From contig NC_057758.1 in the NCBI RefSeq assembly GCF_004010195.1, positions 8,106,748-8,170,747 on the forward strand: a DNA stretch of 64,000 nucleotides, written 5' to 3'. Positions 24,341 to 37,975 of this stretch are shown here, one piece after another. The notes below the pieces were generated by a model. That model was given only the letters and a program-made list of their open reading frames with translations, ran no database searches and was not told the DNA's origin. Numbering within the stretch: the stretch's first letter is position 1; every line of letters starts with the position of its first letter. A program made the position numbers and the translations under genes. This DNA is from Chiloscyllium plagiosum. Taxonomy: Eukaryota.

Positions 24341-27300
24341 GTACTTGCAGGGAAAAATGGATCTGGAACCACCGATCCCTCTTGATGCGTTCATCTCAAC
24401 ATATCTTCAATGTCACGTGTATTTCTGTCTTCACAACCCAATACAGGAAGTGAGTGCTAGTTTACCAGCACGTCTGTGTGAAAAAGAATCTGACGTGTCC
24501 TTTGAATCTCCCACTACTTATCGTATATCAATGCATTCTGTTCACTGATCCCTCATTCAAGGCAAATAGATCATTTCTGTCGATCCCGTGTCCAATTGCT
24601 CTTCATAACTGAAATTTCCATGCTCAGGCAACATTCTGCTCAACCTCCATAGCGCCCTTTCAGGTTGTCGCAACACTCCTAAAATGTGAGTTACAAAAAT
24701 GCAGATTATAATCTCGCTTGGCAATTAAACGTTTTATGCAGTTCCAGCATAAACCCCCTGCTATTAAAAGTTTTGCCCTGTGTTCATTGTGATTTAGATA
24801 AGCATTCGACCTCAGTGTGGNNNNNNNNNNNNNNNNNNNNNNNNNNNNNNNNNNNNNNNNNNNNNNNNNNNNNNNNNNNNNNNNNNNNNNNNNNNNNNNN
24901 NNNNNNNNNNNNNNNNNNNNNNNNNNNNNNNNNNNNNNNNNNNNNNNNNNNNNNNNNNNNNNNNNNNNNNNNNNNNNNNNNNNNNNNNNNNNNNNNNNNN
25001 NNNNNNNNNNNNNNNNNNNNNNNNNNNNNNNNNNNNNNNNNNNNNNNNNNNNNNNNNNNNNNNNNNNNNNNNNNNNNNNNNNNNNNNNNNNNNNNNNNNN
25101 NNNNNNNNNNNNNNNNNNNNNNNNNNNNNNNNNNNNNNNNNNNNNNNNNNNNNNNNNNNNNNNNNNNNNNNNNNNNNNNNNNNNNNNNNNNNNNNNNNNN
25201 NNNNNNNNNNNNNNNNNNNNNNNNNNNNNNNNNNNNNNNNNNNNNNNNNNNNNNNNNNNNNNNNNNNNNNNNNNNNNNNNNNNNNNNNNNNNNNNNNNNN
25301 NNNNNNNNNNNNNNNNNNNNACACATGATGCACAAAGCTGAGTGACCAAATAACGGTCATTCTGGAGAGTCGCCATTTTATTGCCATATATAATACAGCA
25401 GCTGAATATTGTTGTGTGCTCAAATGTCAGTAATCCCATTCCATTGCCATTGTATTAGCGTAGGTTGGTTCTCTGTGTGTGAGTGTTTCGTTGTGATCCT
25501 GCGTATGAGTATGTATGTGTTACCCTTTGTGCGTGAGTGAACGTGTGTGCTCGTGCATATGCGTTCAAAGTGTCTGCGTGCATATCTGTTTTGATCTTAC
25601 GTGTGAATATGTGTCTGTCACTGTGTGGATGCATGCAGGTATTCCGTGTGCACCTGTTTTTATGACAATAAATATGTGTGACGTGTGTGCGTCTGCCTGG
25701 TTATTTAAGTACATATTTCGTGCACACTTTTTGCGTCCATATGTGTTTCTCTGCGCGTGCATGTCTGTGTGTGTGTGTGTCTGTGAGCTTATGCATGTGT
25801 GTCTGTGCGTGTGATTTTCAGTGTACGAGCAAATGTGCATTTGTGAGTGCTTGCGTGCTTATGCCTCTGCCAGAGTAGGTGTGTGGGTGTGTGGGTCACT
25901 TTGTTTATGAGTACATGTGTAATTCTCGCTGCGCGAATCTGCATATGATACTGCCCGTGTCTGAATTTTTGAGGGTAAATCCGTGTGTATCTGTGCATGA
26001 ATGCTTACGTGTAGACATGCTATTCTGCGTGTATTTCAGTGCGTTTGGTCGTGTGTGTGTATCCACGGTTTTTGAGCATGGGTATGTGTGTGTACGTCAG
26101 CATGCTTAAGTATGTGTTTGTGTGAGTGTCTGTGTAAGCACGTTTGTATGTGTGTGAGTGTGTGTGTGTGTGTTGAGAGCGTGTGTGCATGAGACCGTGT
26201 GTGTGTCACACAATTTGACTTACCCACAGTGGGTTTATTTAGGAATTATTAGCCGCGAAATTGTTGAAAGCGCGTCCAACATTCAGGTCGTTAATAACAC
26301 AGCAGAAAATCAAGTGGGAATGAAAACTATTTGTTCTTAAGTCTTAGCTTCTTTGTGTTGGTAGTCTGGCACTTCTGATGAAGGAGTAACACCATGTTTT
26401 CTTTTCTTTAACTGTAACACTTTATAAATATTCAGAGGACAGATTGAGGTCAGTCATCCCCTTAGTTGCATCTTCCACTTGGTTAGGTTTACTGCTTCAA
26501 TTCAATCCATTGACATCTCAAGGAATCATTAATGGGATGCAAGCGAGGTTGGGAAAACCAATATTTGCTGCCAAACTCAATTTGTTGAAAGGACACTTAC
26601 GAGTCTGCCACAATACTGTGAAACTGGAGTCACACATAAATCAGATCAGGTAAGTGCTACAGATTTCCTTCCTGAAAGAACATTCACGAAATCGATATTT
26701 GCTTCTTCCACACTCATCAACGCCCAAATAATCAATTTCCATACTTGGCACGAGACTGTTTGAATATGATTCAAGTGTCTCATTCTGCAAATTCAAAAGC
26801 AGCTCTTCAGAGCTTGATAATAGTGGTTCTGAATTGTGAGTCCAGTGCTAGACACCCCAGTCCAATATCTCGTCACTGTGCATTTGAGGAAACATTGCAG
26901 GCTTTTCCAATAAGTGAGCCATCCACTTGAGATTTAACGCATTTTGTTACAGGCGTTGTATTCGGTTGTTTTAAACAGTGTGTTGTGCAGAAATGGCGCT
27001 TTCAATCGCTACGAGTTTTCAGGGAGTGTAAGAGGTTGGGCAAAGCAAAACCATTGTAATTGGCAGATAAGTGGAGTTGTCGTTGGCAGTGAGAAAAGGA
27101 GAAGCAATTACATAAATAACTGGTAATTTATACGGAGTGGAAATGTCATTAGAGTGTTTGGAAATGGCTTGAACTCAATTGCAGATAAAGAAGGTTGAAC
27201 ATGAAAGGAACTGAAACAGATGGAATTACATTTATACAGTCCTTTCCATTGGAGACAGGCACTTTGGCTCAAAGTGGTCCATGCCAATCAAAACGTCCAT

Positions 27301-27604
27301 CTACACGAATCCCATTTCCTAGCAAATGGCTCTAATACTTATCAAACTTTCCAGTTCATTTATTTGTCCAAACGCCTTTTAAATGTTGTTAATGTCCTCG
27401 CTGCTAACACCTCCGATATCAGATTATTCCAATAAGTACCATATTATGAGGAAAAAATGTTGCCATCATGTTTCCTTTCTTGTATTCTTTCCACCCCAAA
27501 CTTACACTGATACTGTCTCATCCTCTGTTTACCTATCTTTGGAAAAAAGAGGGGGTGTATTCGCCCTATCAATGTAGTGAATTTCCTACATTCCACAGAA
27601 CAAT

Positions 27605-30600
27605 GCCGATTTGGATTTCGGGTGAGGTTCGGATGTAGAGGTGAGGAAACCTTCGAAATCGACGTTGAAACCCTGTGGTTGGAGGTTTACAAGGCGAACG
27701 TGAGGCTCTCTTTCTCTAGGCCTTGGCTACTATTTTGTGATATGTGAGGTCCAGAACTTGCATGTTCTTGGCTGAGTGGGAGGTGGGAGTTGAAATTATC
27801 GGCCACAGGTTGTGGGGCTGTTCGGTGCGTGTGTTCCAGAGGTATTCTCAGAATTATTCCATGACTTGGTTAATCTTGGTAGCCAAAACTGAGCAACCCG
27901 ACGTCTGGAGGAAGAAAGTCACAACCTCTCCTTCAGGCCGACTAACCACACAGCATAAACGTTGATATCACCAGTTTCCTAATCCCTGTACCCACTTTAT
28001 ATTAATCCAACCCCCCAACCCGGCACTGTCCATTGAAATTTCCTTCTCCCTTCCCACCTATCCAGACCACGCGACGCTCCGCTCTGTCAGCATCTACCCC
28101 ACATGCAAATACCTATCGCCTTCCAGTCTAATGCTCCCCAAGGTGCCACCCCATCTAATTGAATTTCCAACCTTTCCCTCCTCCATTCCTGATGAAGCTC
28201 TCATGCCCAAAATTTGAACTGTCCTGCTCCTCCGATACCGCCTGACGTACTGTGCTTTCTCAGTGGCACATGTTTCGATTCTGATCTCCTCCATCTGCAA
28301 GTCCAATTTTTCACCAAGTCGTTATAACTTTACTGGAACGCCTCTTCGAAGGATGCCCATCCCTAAGAAATTCTCCTCCTTCAACCATAGGGATCTCAGT
28401 GAATCTCTGTCTCACTGCACCCACCAGATGTTTGTTCTGGCCGAAATCTTTTCAGCCACGTGCTGAAAAGCTCAGTGAAAAGCTCAATTGTGCAAGCTCA
28501 GATTTGCTCAGCACTTGCCTTAGTTATGGACTGATTCCACGTGGACTCCTGTCTCTATTCAAAACTGACAAGCACTGCCACAATCAACAGCTAATCCAAA
28601 ACATGCATAAAATTTTCTTCCTCTGGATTCTCCACTCCACCCTCACATGTAATCTCCCTGCAGTGATCTCTTCCACAATTAGGACCTCACTCTCCCAATC
28701 CAGCAAAGGAGCTCTGCTGCTCTTCACACTGAGAAGATTCCACGCACATTTCAGACAATTTAATCCCAGTTCATTCGACATCAATGAACTTAAATGGAGC
28801 ATACTCTCGCATATTTGCCTCCCAACATCGGATTCCTCAATTAATGCAGAACGCTCTCCAGGCCTTTGGCACCGCTTGGATTTCAGGAGCCAATTGACCG
28901 CTACAGTCACCACTAGAACGACCATCACCAAAACCATAAAGACGGCGCGATGCATTAATGGAACCACCATAGTTGCCACTACCTTACCCACTTCCAGGCT
29001 CACCGATGCCAATTACCTGACCTAATGCCACGAACACCCAGCCACCATCGAAGACACAGCAGTGGTCAAACAGAACGTCACTCCTGCTCCTGCAGATGCC
29101 AACAATGCAACGCTTCCACTCCCATGACACCCACGGGGTACATCCCTTTGTGCAGTGACATCACGCACGATAAAAAGATGAAACACACTCGAGGAAGATT
29201 CTCCGCCCACACTCCTAACTCTAGTTGGACGCCAGGTACTAGTCCCCAGCCCGACCATGATTTTACCATCCCTCAAGACTGCCCTGTACCTGAGGATGAA
29301 CGATCAGTCCTCAGTAAATGTCGAACCCTCATTCCACTATGCTCGTGGCACAATGAGATCCCCTGCCTTGGGACATCGAATATTTCTTCCACCCTGCCTC
29401 TATGCTTACTATTTCCATCAGGAGGCTCACCCACCTTCCAATGACCCCTTCTCCCGCCTCCAAAATATACAATTCACTCGCCCATATCTTGTCGGTCTGT
29501 TACCCCCTCTGTTTCTCTGCATCTTCAACTGCTGTCGTGACATCGACCATATATATATGTCCAGCCCTTTTACCCTCTACAAGCCATCATCTTTGCAAAG
29601 CAAAGGCCGCCACTCACTCCGCTAAAGTCCAACATTATCGTCCAAACAGCGGACAATCACGACAGGTTTGGCATACCGAACTGTACAGTACAGAAGTCAG
29701 GCATCAATTCACAGACGCCTCGTCCTACTGTCTCCTCGACCATGACCTCCTATCACCAAACCGTCATCTACCAGAATAATTGACAACGTCATCACCTCTG
29801 GGGAGCTCGTATCCACGCGCTCCAACCTCAAAGCCCAGGAAGCCCCCAACACCTAGAGCTAGCTCGAAACCATAATTCATAAAACTTATTGCCCTGGTCA
29901 AACCATCATCTTCGCTTGCTCCTGACAGACCGAATCTATCTCACATTCCATTACACCATTCTATCCCCCTTGGTCCAGGAATTCCCCATATACTTTCAGG
30001 CTGCCACACACTTCCTCGAATACTCCATGACTTTCGTTTCCCCGGTCCCCTACGCCTTATCTTCACCATGGACAGCCAGTCCCTGTACACATCCATCTGC
30101 CAACATTCCCTCAATTTCTTCTTCATCCGCTATCCCAACCCGTACCATTCCAACGGCACCCTAAAATTATTTGTTGAACTGCCCCCCACACTCAAAACTT
30201 CAACTTCGAATCGTCACACTTCCATCAGACAAAGGGTGGAGCGGTGGCCACCCGCTTGGTCGCCGGCTGTGCCTGTTACTTTGTCGGATATGTGGAACAG
30301 TCGATTTTCCGCAGTTACATGTGCACTAGTCCAAATATATTCCTCCGCTAAATGGATGACTGAATCTACATTAACTCGTGTTCCCACGAGGAGGTTCAAG
30401 TGTTCCTCAACTTCACAAGAAACTTCACGACCACCAGCAATACCCCCTCCACATCTGGAAACTTCCCTTGCCTGTGCAAGAGTTGTAACCCTGCGAACCC
30501 AGATGGGACTTCATCTCCATCCATGACGCCAAAATATCCTGTCACATCTGGCAGATATTTTTCTGTACATCTCAATCCTCAATGTACTGTGCCCATTGCT

Positions 30601-31230
30601 TTAAATTTCGTCTCCTCTAATATGCAGAAAGAGGACACCATAATACAGAACATTTCAGAATCCATCTCGGGAATCCCACCACTTTGTGGCTGACCGTTTC
30701 AACTCTCCCAGGTATATGCTTGTTCTGGCAATCTACCATCGCTAAATCCTAGCCACCGATGGACGTCTTGGCTGACCGTTTCAACTCTCCCTTCCACACT
30801 GCCAGGTATATGCTTGTTCTGGCAATCTACCATCTCTAAATCCTAGCCACCGATGAACGTCTAATTTCCCATCTTGTGGCACGGCAACCAAATGTCATCA
30901 ATGTGTATCTGACCAGCTTCGTTATCTCCCATTCCTACCCTCCATCATCCCAGATCTACCCGTCAAACACGGCACTGTCCTCTTGAACTGTGCTACTATG
31001 TGTATGTTCCTTCCGACCTTTCTGCTCTGCCGTTCGCTCCGACTTATCAACATCACCATTCACCTGTATCTTCCCATCGCCTTCCAAGCTACCTTACCCC
31101 CAACCGCAGCCCCTCCTACTTACCTGTCAGTCCTTCCACACCAAGCATTCTTGATGAACGGTTTATGTTCGAAACATTGAACCTCCTGCTCCTTTGAGGC
31201 TGCATGGCATGTTGTGCTTTTCCAGCGACA
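27605..31230 (+). mobile_element. Penelope-like element, paralog of 14060-17610
   Basis: Same RT and GIY-YIG motifs, with decayed HHRs at ~28188 and ~31150. Confidence 0.8.
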
Positions 31231-31564
31231 AACTATCCGAAGTCTTTACTCATGGCTCACGCTGATTAAGGTCACTTTGCCAAACATCTTCTTCACTGCC
31301 CTGTCAACATTTGACTTCACTTTCAGGAAAATGAACATCTGATCACCAAGGTACTCTTGTTCTACTCCCCTCCTTGAGGCCCTAACATTCACCATGAAAC
31401 TTCCAGTTTGACTTAACAATCCAAAATGCAGGATCTGAGACATGTCTTTACGAAACACTCCTTTACCCAACAGATCAAGGTACTGCTGCAATTTTGATAA
31501 CCTTTCTCACTATCTAAGATACCGCCTCTTTTAGTGTTATAAACAAACTTACTTATATTGCCTT

Positions 31565-34500
31565 GTGCATTGTTCCAGGGAACTGGAGCTGGAGCTTGAT
31601 GAGCTCCGGATCATCTGGGAAGCTGAGGGAGAAATTGACAATGTACAGAGAGGTGGTCACTCCGCAGACACAGGATATGGACAGCTGGGTTACAGTCAGG
31701 GGGAGGAAAGGGAACCGAAGGTCAGAGCAGGGATCCCCTGTGGCCGATCCCCTCAGAAAAACGTATACCGTTTTGGGTACAGCTGGTGGGGACGACCTAC
31801 CAGGGGAAAGCCATAATTCCCATATTTTCTAGATGCCGTACAGTGTGGAACAGGCCCTTCGGCCGACAGCAAATCGAAAAATTCAACAAACCGTTCTCCC
31901 TCCGAATTCTCCGCTCCAACTTGCATCTTCTCTCCCTGCAGTCAGCCCTTCCATAGTTAGTGCCTCACTCTCTCAGCCCTGCAAAGGACCTCTGCTGATC
32001 TTCACATGGAGAAGATTCCATGCACATTTCAGACACTTATTTCCCAGATTATTGAACATCATGGAACTAAAATGGAACACACTCTCGCATACTTGCCTCC
32101 AAATATCGGATTCTCTAGTTAACACAGAACCCTCTCCTGGCCATGAGCCAAGTGGCCGCTAAAGCCACGAACAGAAATATCACCACCAAAACCACAAATA
32201 TGTCAATTCTACCACCATTTTCTCTTCTTTCCGTTTGGCTCTGAGCCTAGCACTGTGACTCAGAAGGCAAGGGCTGAGAATCAAAAATGGCTAGTGATAG
32301 GGGACTCAATAGTTCGAGCAATTGACAGGTAATGTTGTGGACAGGAACGGGACTCCTGGAACGTATGTTGCCTCCCAAGTGTCAGGGTCCGGGTTGTCGC
32401 CGATTGTTTGAACAGGATTCTGAAGGGGGAGGGTGGGCAGCCAGAAATCTTGAGACATACTGGCACTGTCACATAGCCAGGGAACGGATAGAGGATCTGA
32501 AAATTGACTACAGAGAGTTAGGTTGGAAGCTGAAGAGCAGGACGAGTAGAGTAGTGAGGTGAGGAAGAGCTAGCGATTGTAGCTTAACACGTGGCTGCGA
32601 GTTTGGTGCTGGAGTGAGGGCTTCAGATACGTAGACCATTTGGATACCTTCTGGAAAAGGTAGGATCTGTACATGAAGGATATGTCGCACATGAACTGGA
32701 GGGGCATAAATGTCCTGGGTGGAAGAATTGCTCGTGTGATTCGGGAGGGTTTAATCTAGTTTGGCAGGGGAGTGGGAATCAGAGCCACATATCTGAAAGG
32801 GGTACAGTTGCTGATGGGGCAGTGACAGGATGTAGTGAATCTATCGGGAATGTTTCTCACGCGACGATACAAAGTTATCGATTAAAGTGTGCCTGCTTTA
32901 ATGCAAAGATAGACAGAAATAAGAGTGTCAAACTTACAGCATGGATCAGTACTTGTGGCCATAACGCAGACATGGGTTTCACGGGGGAAGGAATTGTTGT
33001 TTGATGTTCCCAGGTTTAGAACGTATAAAAAAGCGGGGAGGATGGAAAAAGAGGGGGGTTGGAGCTTTGCTATGCAGAGAGTGCATCGCAGCTACAGAAA
33101 AGGAAGGTTGTGAGGAAGGTTTGTCTATTGAGTCAGTATGGGTGGAAGTTAGGAACAGAAAGGCAACAGTCACCTCATTGGATGTTTTCCGCAGATCATC
33201 TAATATCAGTAGAGAGATTGAAGATCGCATAGGCGGGCAGAATCTGGAAAAATGCAGATGTAGCAGGGTTGATGTTATGAATGATTTCAACTTTCCCAAT
33301 ATCGACTGGAACCTCCGAAGTGCAAATGGTTTGGATGCAGCCGTTTTTGTCAGGTGTGTTCTGCAGTGTTTCCTTACATAGTATGTTGATAGACTGACGA
33401 GGGGAGAAGCCATGTTGCATTTGGTGCACGGCAATGAGCCACAACAGGTGTCAGATCTCGTGGTGGGAGAACCCTTTGGCGACAGTTATCATAACTGCCT
33501 CACATTTACCATAGCCTTGGAGAGGCAAAGGAGCAGTTACCGAGGGAAGATATTTAATTGGGAAAAAACAAATTATGACGCCATCAGGCAAGAGTATCGA
33601 AGTCCAGACTGGGAGCAATTGTTCCACAGACAGGGCACAGCAGACATGTGGAGACTATTTAAGGAGCAGTTTTTGCGAGTGGTGCACGAATTTGTTCCTC
33701 TGAGACAAGTAAGAAGGGGTAAGATAAAGGAACCTTGAATTACAAGAATAGAGAAGCTTCTCATCGAAATGAAGAAACCGACTTACATAAGGTGGAGGAA
33801 ATAAGGACCTTCCACAGCTTTAGAGGATTACAGGCTTGCAAGAAAGGACCTCAGAAATGGACTGAGGAGAGCCAGGAGGGGCACGTAAAATGATTGGCAA
33901 GAAGGATCAGGGAGAAGGTAAAGGCATTTTACTCATGCATGAGGAAAAAGAGAATGATCAGGGAGAAGGTAGAGCCGATCAGGAATAGCGGGAGAACTTG
34001 TGCGTGGAGACGGAGCAGATTGGGGAGGCCCTAAATGTGTTTTTGCTCCGGTTTTCACTGAGGAAAGGGACCTTGTTGTAAATGAGAACTTTTAGGAGCT
34101 GGAATACAGGCTTGACTAGTTCAACGTTGATGAAGTTGAAGTGCTGGAAAGTTTGGAAAACATTAAGATTGATAAGTCCCCAGGGTCAGACCAGACTTTT
34201 CCTGGGCTGCTCCGGGAAGCGAGGAGGGAGGTTTCTAAGCCGCTGGCAAAGATCCCTGCTTCCTGTATCTCCACTGTACTCGTACCGGGGGATTGAAAGG
34301 AGGCGAATGTTGTTCCACTTTTTATGAAGGTAATATGGATATCCTTGGCAATTACAGACCGGTCAGTCTCAAGTCTGTGGTCAGCAACGTTTTGGAAAGA
34401 ATTCTGAGGGTTAGGATTTATGACTATTTGACAAACCATAGCGTGATTAAAGGCAGTCAGCATGGCCTTGTGAGGGGCAGATCATGCCTTACAAATCTTA

Positions 34501-35530
34501 TTGAGTTCTCTGAGGAGTTGACAAGACAGGTCTACGAAGGTTGAGAAGTGAATGTGGTGTATGTGGACTTCAACAAGGCATTCCATAAGGATCCCCACGG
34601 TCGGCTCATTCACGAAATCAGGAAGTCTGGTATACAGTGAAATTTGGCTATCTGTATTCAGAACTGGTTGGCTGATAGAAGGCAGAGAGTGGTAAAAGAT
34701 GGCAAGTATTCTGCCTGGAGGTTAGTGGAGTCCGTAGAGCTCTGTTCTTGGGCCTCTGCTTTTTGTTATTTAAATAAATGACTTGGATGAGGAGGTTTAG
34801 GGGTGGGTTAGTAAATTTGCAGACAACACAGTATTTGGAGGTTCCGTCGATTGTATCGAGGGTTCTTGTAGGCTGCAGCGCGACATAGAGAGGATACGGA
34901 GCTGGACTGAGAAATGGCAGATGTAGTTCACCCTGGATAAATGAAAAGTGATGCATTTTGGAAGGTCAGACTAGAATGCTGAATCTAGGATTACTGATAG
35001 GATTCTCGGCAGTGTGGAGGAACAGAAGGATCCTGCTGTGCAAGTACAACGATCCCTCACAGTTGCCACCCAAGTGGATAAGGTAGTCAAGAAAACATAT
35101 GGTGTTTAGATTTCATTAACATGTGGATCGAGTTTAGGAGCCACGCGGTTTACTACACCTCGACAAGATCCTGGTGAGACCACCCTGGAATATTGCATCC
35201 AGTTCTGGCCGCCCTACTATAGGAAAGATACAGAGGCTTTGAAAGGGTGCAAAGAAAGTTTACCAGGCTGCTACCTGGACTGGAGGTCTTGCCTTATGGA
35301 GAGAGGCTGAATAAGCTCGGAATCTTCTCAATGGAGAGAAGTAGAAAGAGAGGTGACGTGATCGAGGTAGTCAAGATATTGAGAGGAATGGATAGAGTCA
35401 ATAGCCAGAGACTTGTCCCCTGTGAGTTGAAGGGTGCGTAGGTTAAGTTATTATATTTTACGTTAGGATAAATCCTCGGCACAAAATGGTGGGCCAGAGG
35501 GTCTGTTCTGCGCTGTACTTTTCTATGCTC
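31565..35530 (+). mobile_element. CR1 LINE, paralog of 17935-22960
   Basis: Same ORF1 and ORF2 motifs; the VIGDSIVR region is uninterrupted here. Confidence 0.9.
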
Positions 35531-37829
35531 TGTTCCCAGCCAGATAATTGAAATAGACTTTTTGAAAAAGCAATGCGGCCAGCAGACAAGCATCCTCCCA
35601 ATATTATTCTATGTTTCATCCAATGAAAACACTTACGTGTCCAATTTGCCAACTTTCACTGGATTCCATGCGATCTAACCTTCCACAGCAGCCTACTGTG
35701 TGGAACATTATCACTTTTTTACAACATCGAGAAAAGAACAAAGAACAAAGCGCCAAAAGAACCGACACATCGGCCCTCCACGTCAACAATGTCACATTTT
35801 TCCCATACCCAATAAAAGACTCTGCACCACAGGATACGTAGCGTTCCATTCTCTTCCTATTAACATTTTCTTTGAGGTTCTTCTTGAATGCTGCTGTTGT
35901 GTTTGCATCCACGACATGGTCTAACAGCGAGCTCGGGGCCATCACCTCAATGTCTGACACTAACGGGGCCCTCAGTCACCAACATCACACCTCCCCTCCC
36001 GCCCTCAAACCCACATTGGGACCTTAAAATGGCATATCATAGTTACAGACCCTTCCATCCTACGGAAAAAAAAACATTCTTTATATTTTTCACTCTATTC
36101 CTGCCTTTCACGATTTTACAAACGTCTTTAAGCTCGACCTCCAATCTTCTGCGTTCCAGTGAAAACAAAGCCAATCTATCCAACCTTCGTTCGTAACTAA
36201 AGTACTGCTGGCCAGTTAACATCTTGGTAAACCGTTTCTGGACCCTCTCCAAAGTTTTCATATCCTTCTGAAAGCGTGCTGACCAGAATATGATGCAATA
36301 TTTCAAGTGGGAGCAAACGAAAGTTCGAAAAGCTGCAGCAATTGTTGCTTATTTTAATGCTCGATGTCTGTTCCAATGAAGAATCAGACAAAAGTGCTTA
36401 ATCCTGAAAAGTTAAGAAACTTACAACAACTCCAATACTCTTTGTATGTAAAAGTGCTTTCTATCACCTCTCCTGACTGACCTGGTCGTAATTCTTAAAA
36501 GTTGATGTGGGTGTCACTGACTGAGTCTAGTATTTATTGCCTGTCCCGAGTTGACCTTGAGAAGGCATTGACGAGGTGTCTTATTGTACTGTTGTAGTTA
36601 ACAAGCTGTACATAGAACCACAAATCTGAGGGCGGGACGCCCAAAATTTGGTCTCAGTGCATTTTTTGCCTCAACGGCATGCTGTGGAAATTGCTTATTC
36701 TTGTCAATCCTGGCACTCCCTGTTTTACATCGAGCAGACCTCAGTCACTTTATTCGATTACCTTCCATGTTTGAGAGAATGAATGTTGAATTTGCCGAAT
36801 TTCTTCCCAGAATGGAATACCAGAAACCCTTGGATTATCCATGTAATCCTGCACTGCCCGCTCCAGGACCAAAACCTCCTTACGGAGGTCTGGTGTCTTG
36901 ATCTGTAGACTGTACTTTCAGGGAAAGATGGACCTGGACCCACCGATCCCTTTTGATGCGTTCATCTCAACATATCTTCAATGTTACGTGTATTTCTGCC
37001 TTCACAACCCAATACAGGTAGTGAGTGTTAGATTACCAGCACATCTATGTGAAAAATAATCTGACATGTCCTTTGAATCTCCCACTACTTATCGTATAAC
37101 AATGCATTCTGTTCACTGATCCCTCATTCAAGGCAAATAGATCATTTCTGTCGATCCCGTGTCCAATTGCTCTTCATAACTGAAATTTCCATGCTCAGGC
37201 AACATTCTGCTCAACCTCCATAGCACCCTTTCAGGTTGTCACAACACTCCTAAAATGTGAGTTACAAACATGCAGATTATAATCTTGCTTGGCAATTAAA
37301 CATTTTATGCAGTTCCAACATACACCCCCTGCTATTAAACGGTTTGCCCTGTGTTCATTGTGATTTAGCTAAGCATTCGACCTCAGTGTGGTATACTCCT
37401 AAAATTCCAAACTCCATCATTGAATTCTCAAAGCGCAGGTTCTCCAAGAGAGGAAATTTTCTTCACTTTTGTGCCTTCTTTAATAGCTTAGAATGACACT
37501 CCCATATTTTCTCCATCTGTCATTGAGCGATTATTCCAAACGTTCACCTTTGCAACATTGCAGGTTCGTCAGACATTGCATTTCTATCTATCATCTTCCT
37601 GTCCAGGAATTTCAGCCACGTTTAACGTCCCAGTGGCTTCCCTGTGAGACATTACAAAGTACACTTAACCGAAGTGAACAGTTCACAACTGTTTTCTGTG
37701 AATTCATAACTGCCCTCTGTCCAGGTCAATGCAGCAGCCCAAATAATATTGACATTATCAGTGGAGTGATGTTTAAGAAAGAGATCCCAAGGAACCGCAG
37801 CTGGTTGAAATCAGAAACAATAAAAAAAC

Positions 37830-37975
37830 TGGAAAAGCTCAGGAGGTTCGTCAGCATCACTGGAGAGAAAGCAGAATTAATGTTTCCGGCTCAGTTCTGA
37901 AGAAGGATCACGAGACTTGAAACATTGACTCTGTTTTGTCTCTATACTAGCTGCCAGACTTGCAAAATTGCTCCA
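37830..37975. mobile_element. Old fold-back PLE mini-element with an HHR at its centre (inverted paralog at ~62355-62500)
   Basis: The left arm (...GAGAGAAAGCAGAATTAATGTTTC) is an imperfect reverse complement of the right arm (GAAACATTGACTCTGTTTTGTCTC...). CTGAAGA lies at 37897-37903 and GAAA at 37919-37922. Confidence 0.7.

Larger units (their letters stand above)
11651..24820 (+). repeat. Segmental duplication, copy A
   Basis: Colinear with 25321-37390 from ACACATGATG to CCTCAGTGTGG, with scattered substitutions and indels. The matched ends are set by the N-gap, so the true unit may be longer. Confidence 0.95.
25321..37390 (+). repeat. Segmental duplication, copy B
   Basis: Colinear with 11651-24820; lacks both PLE insertions found at 18708-19826. 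Confidence 0.95.
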
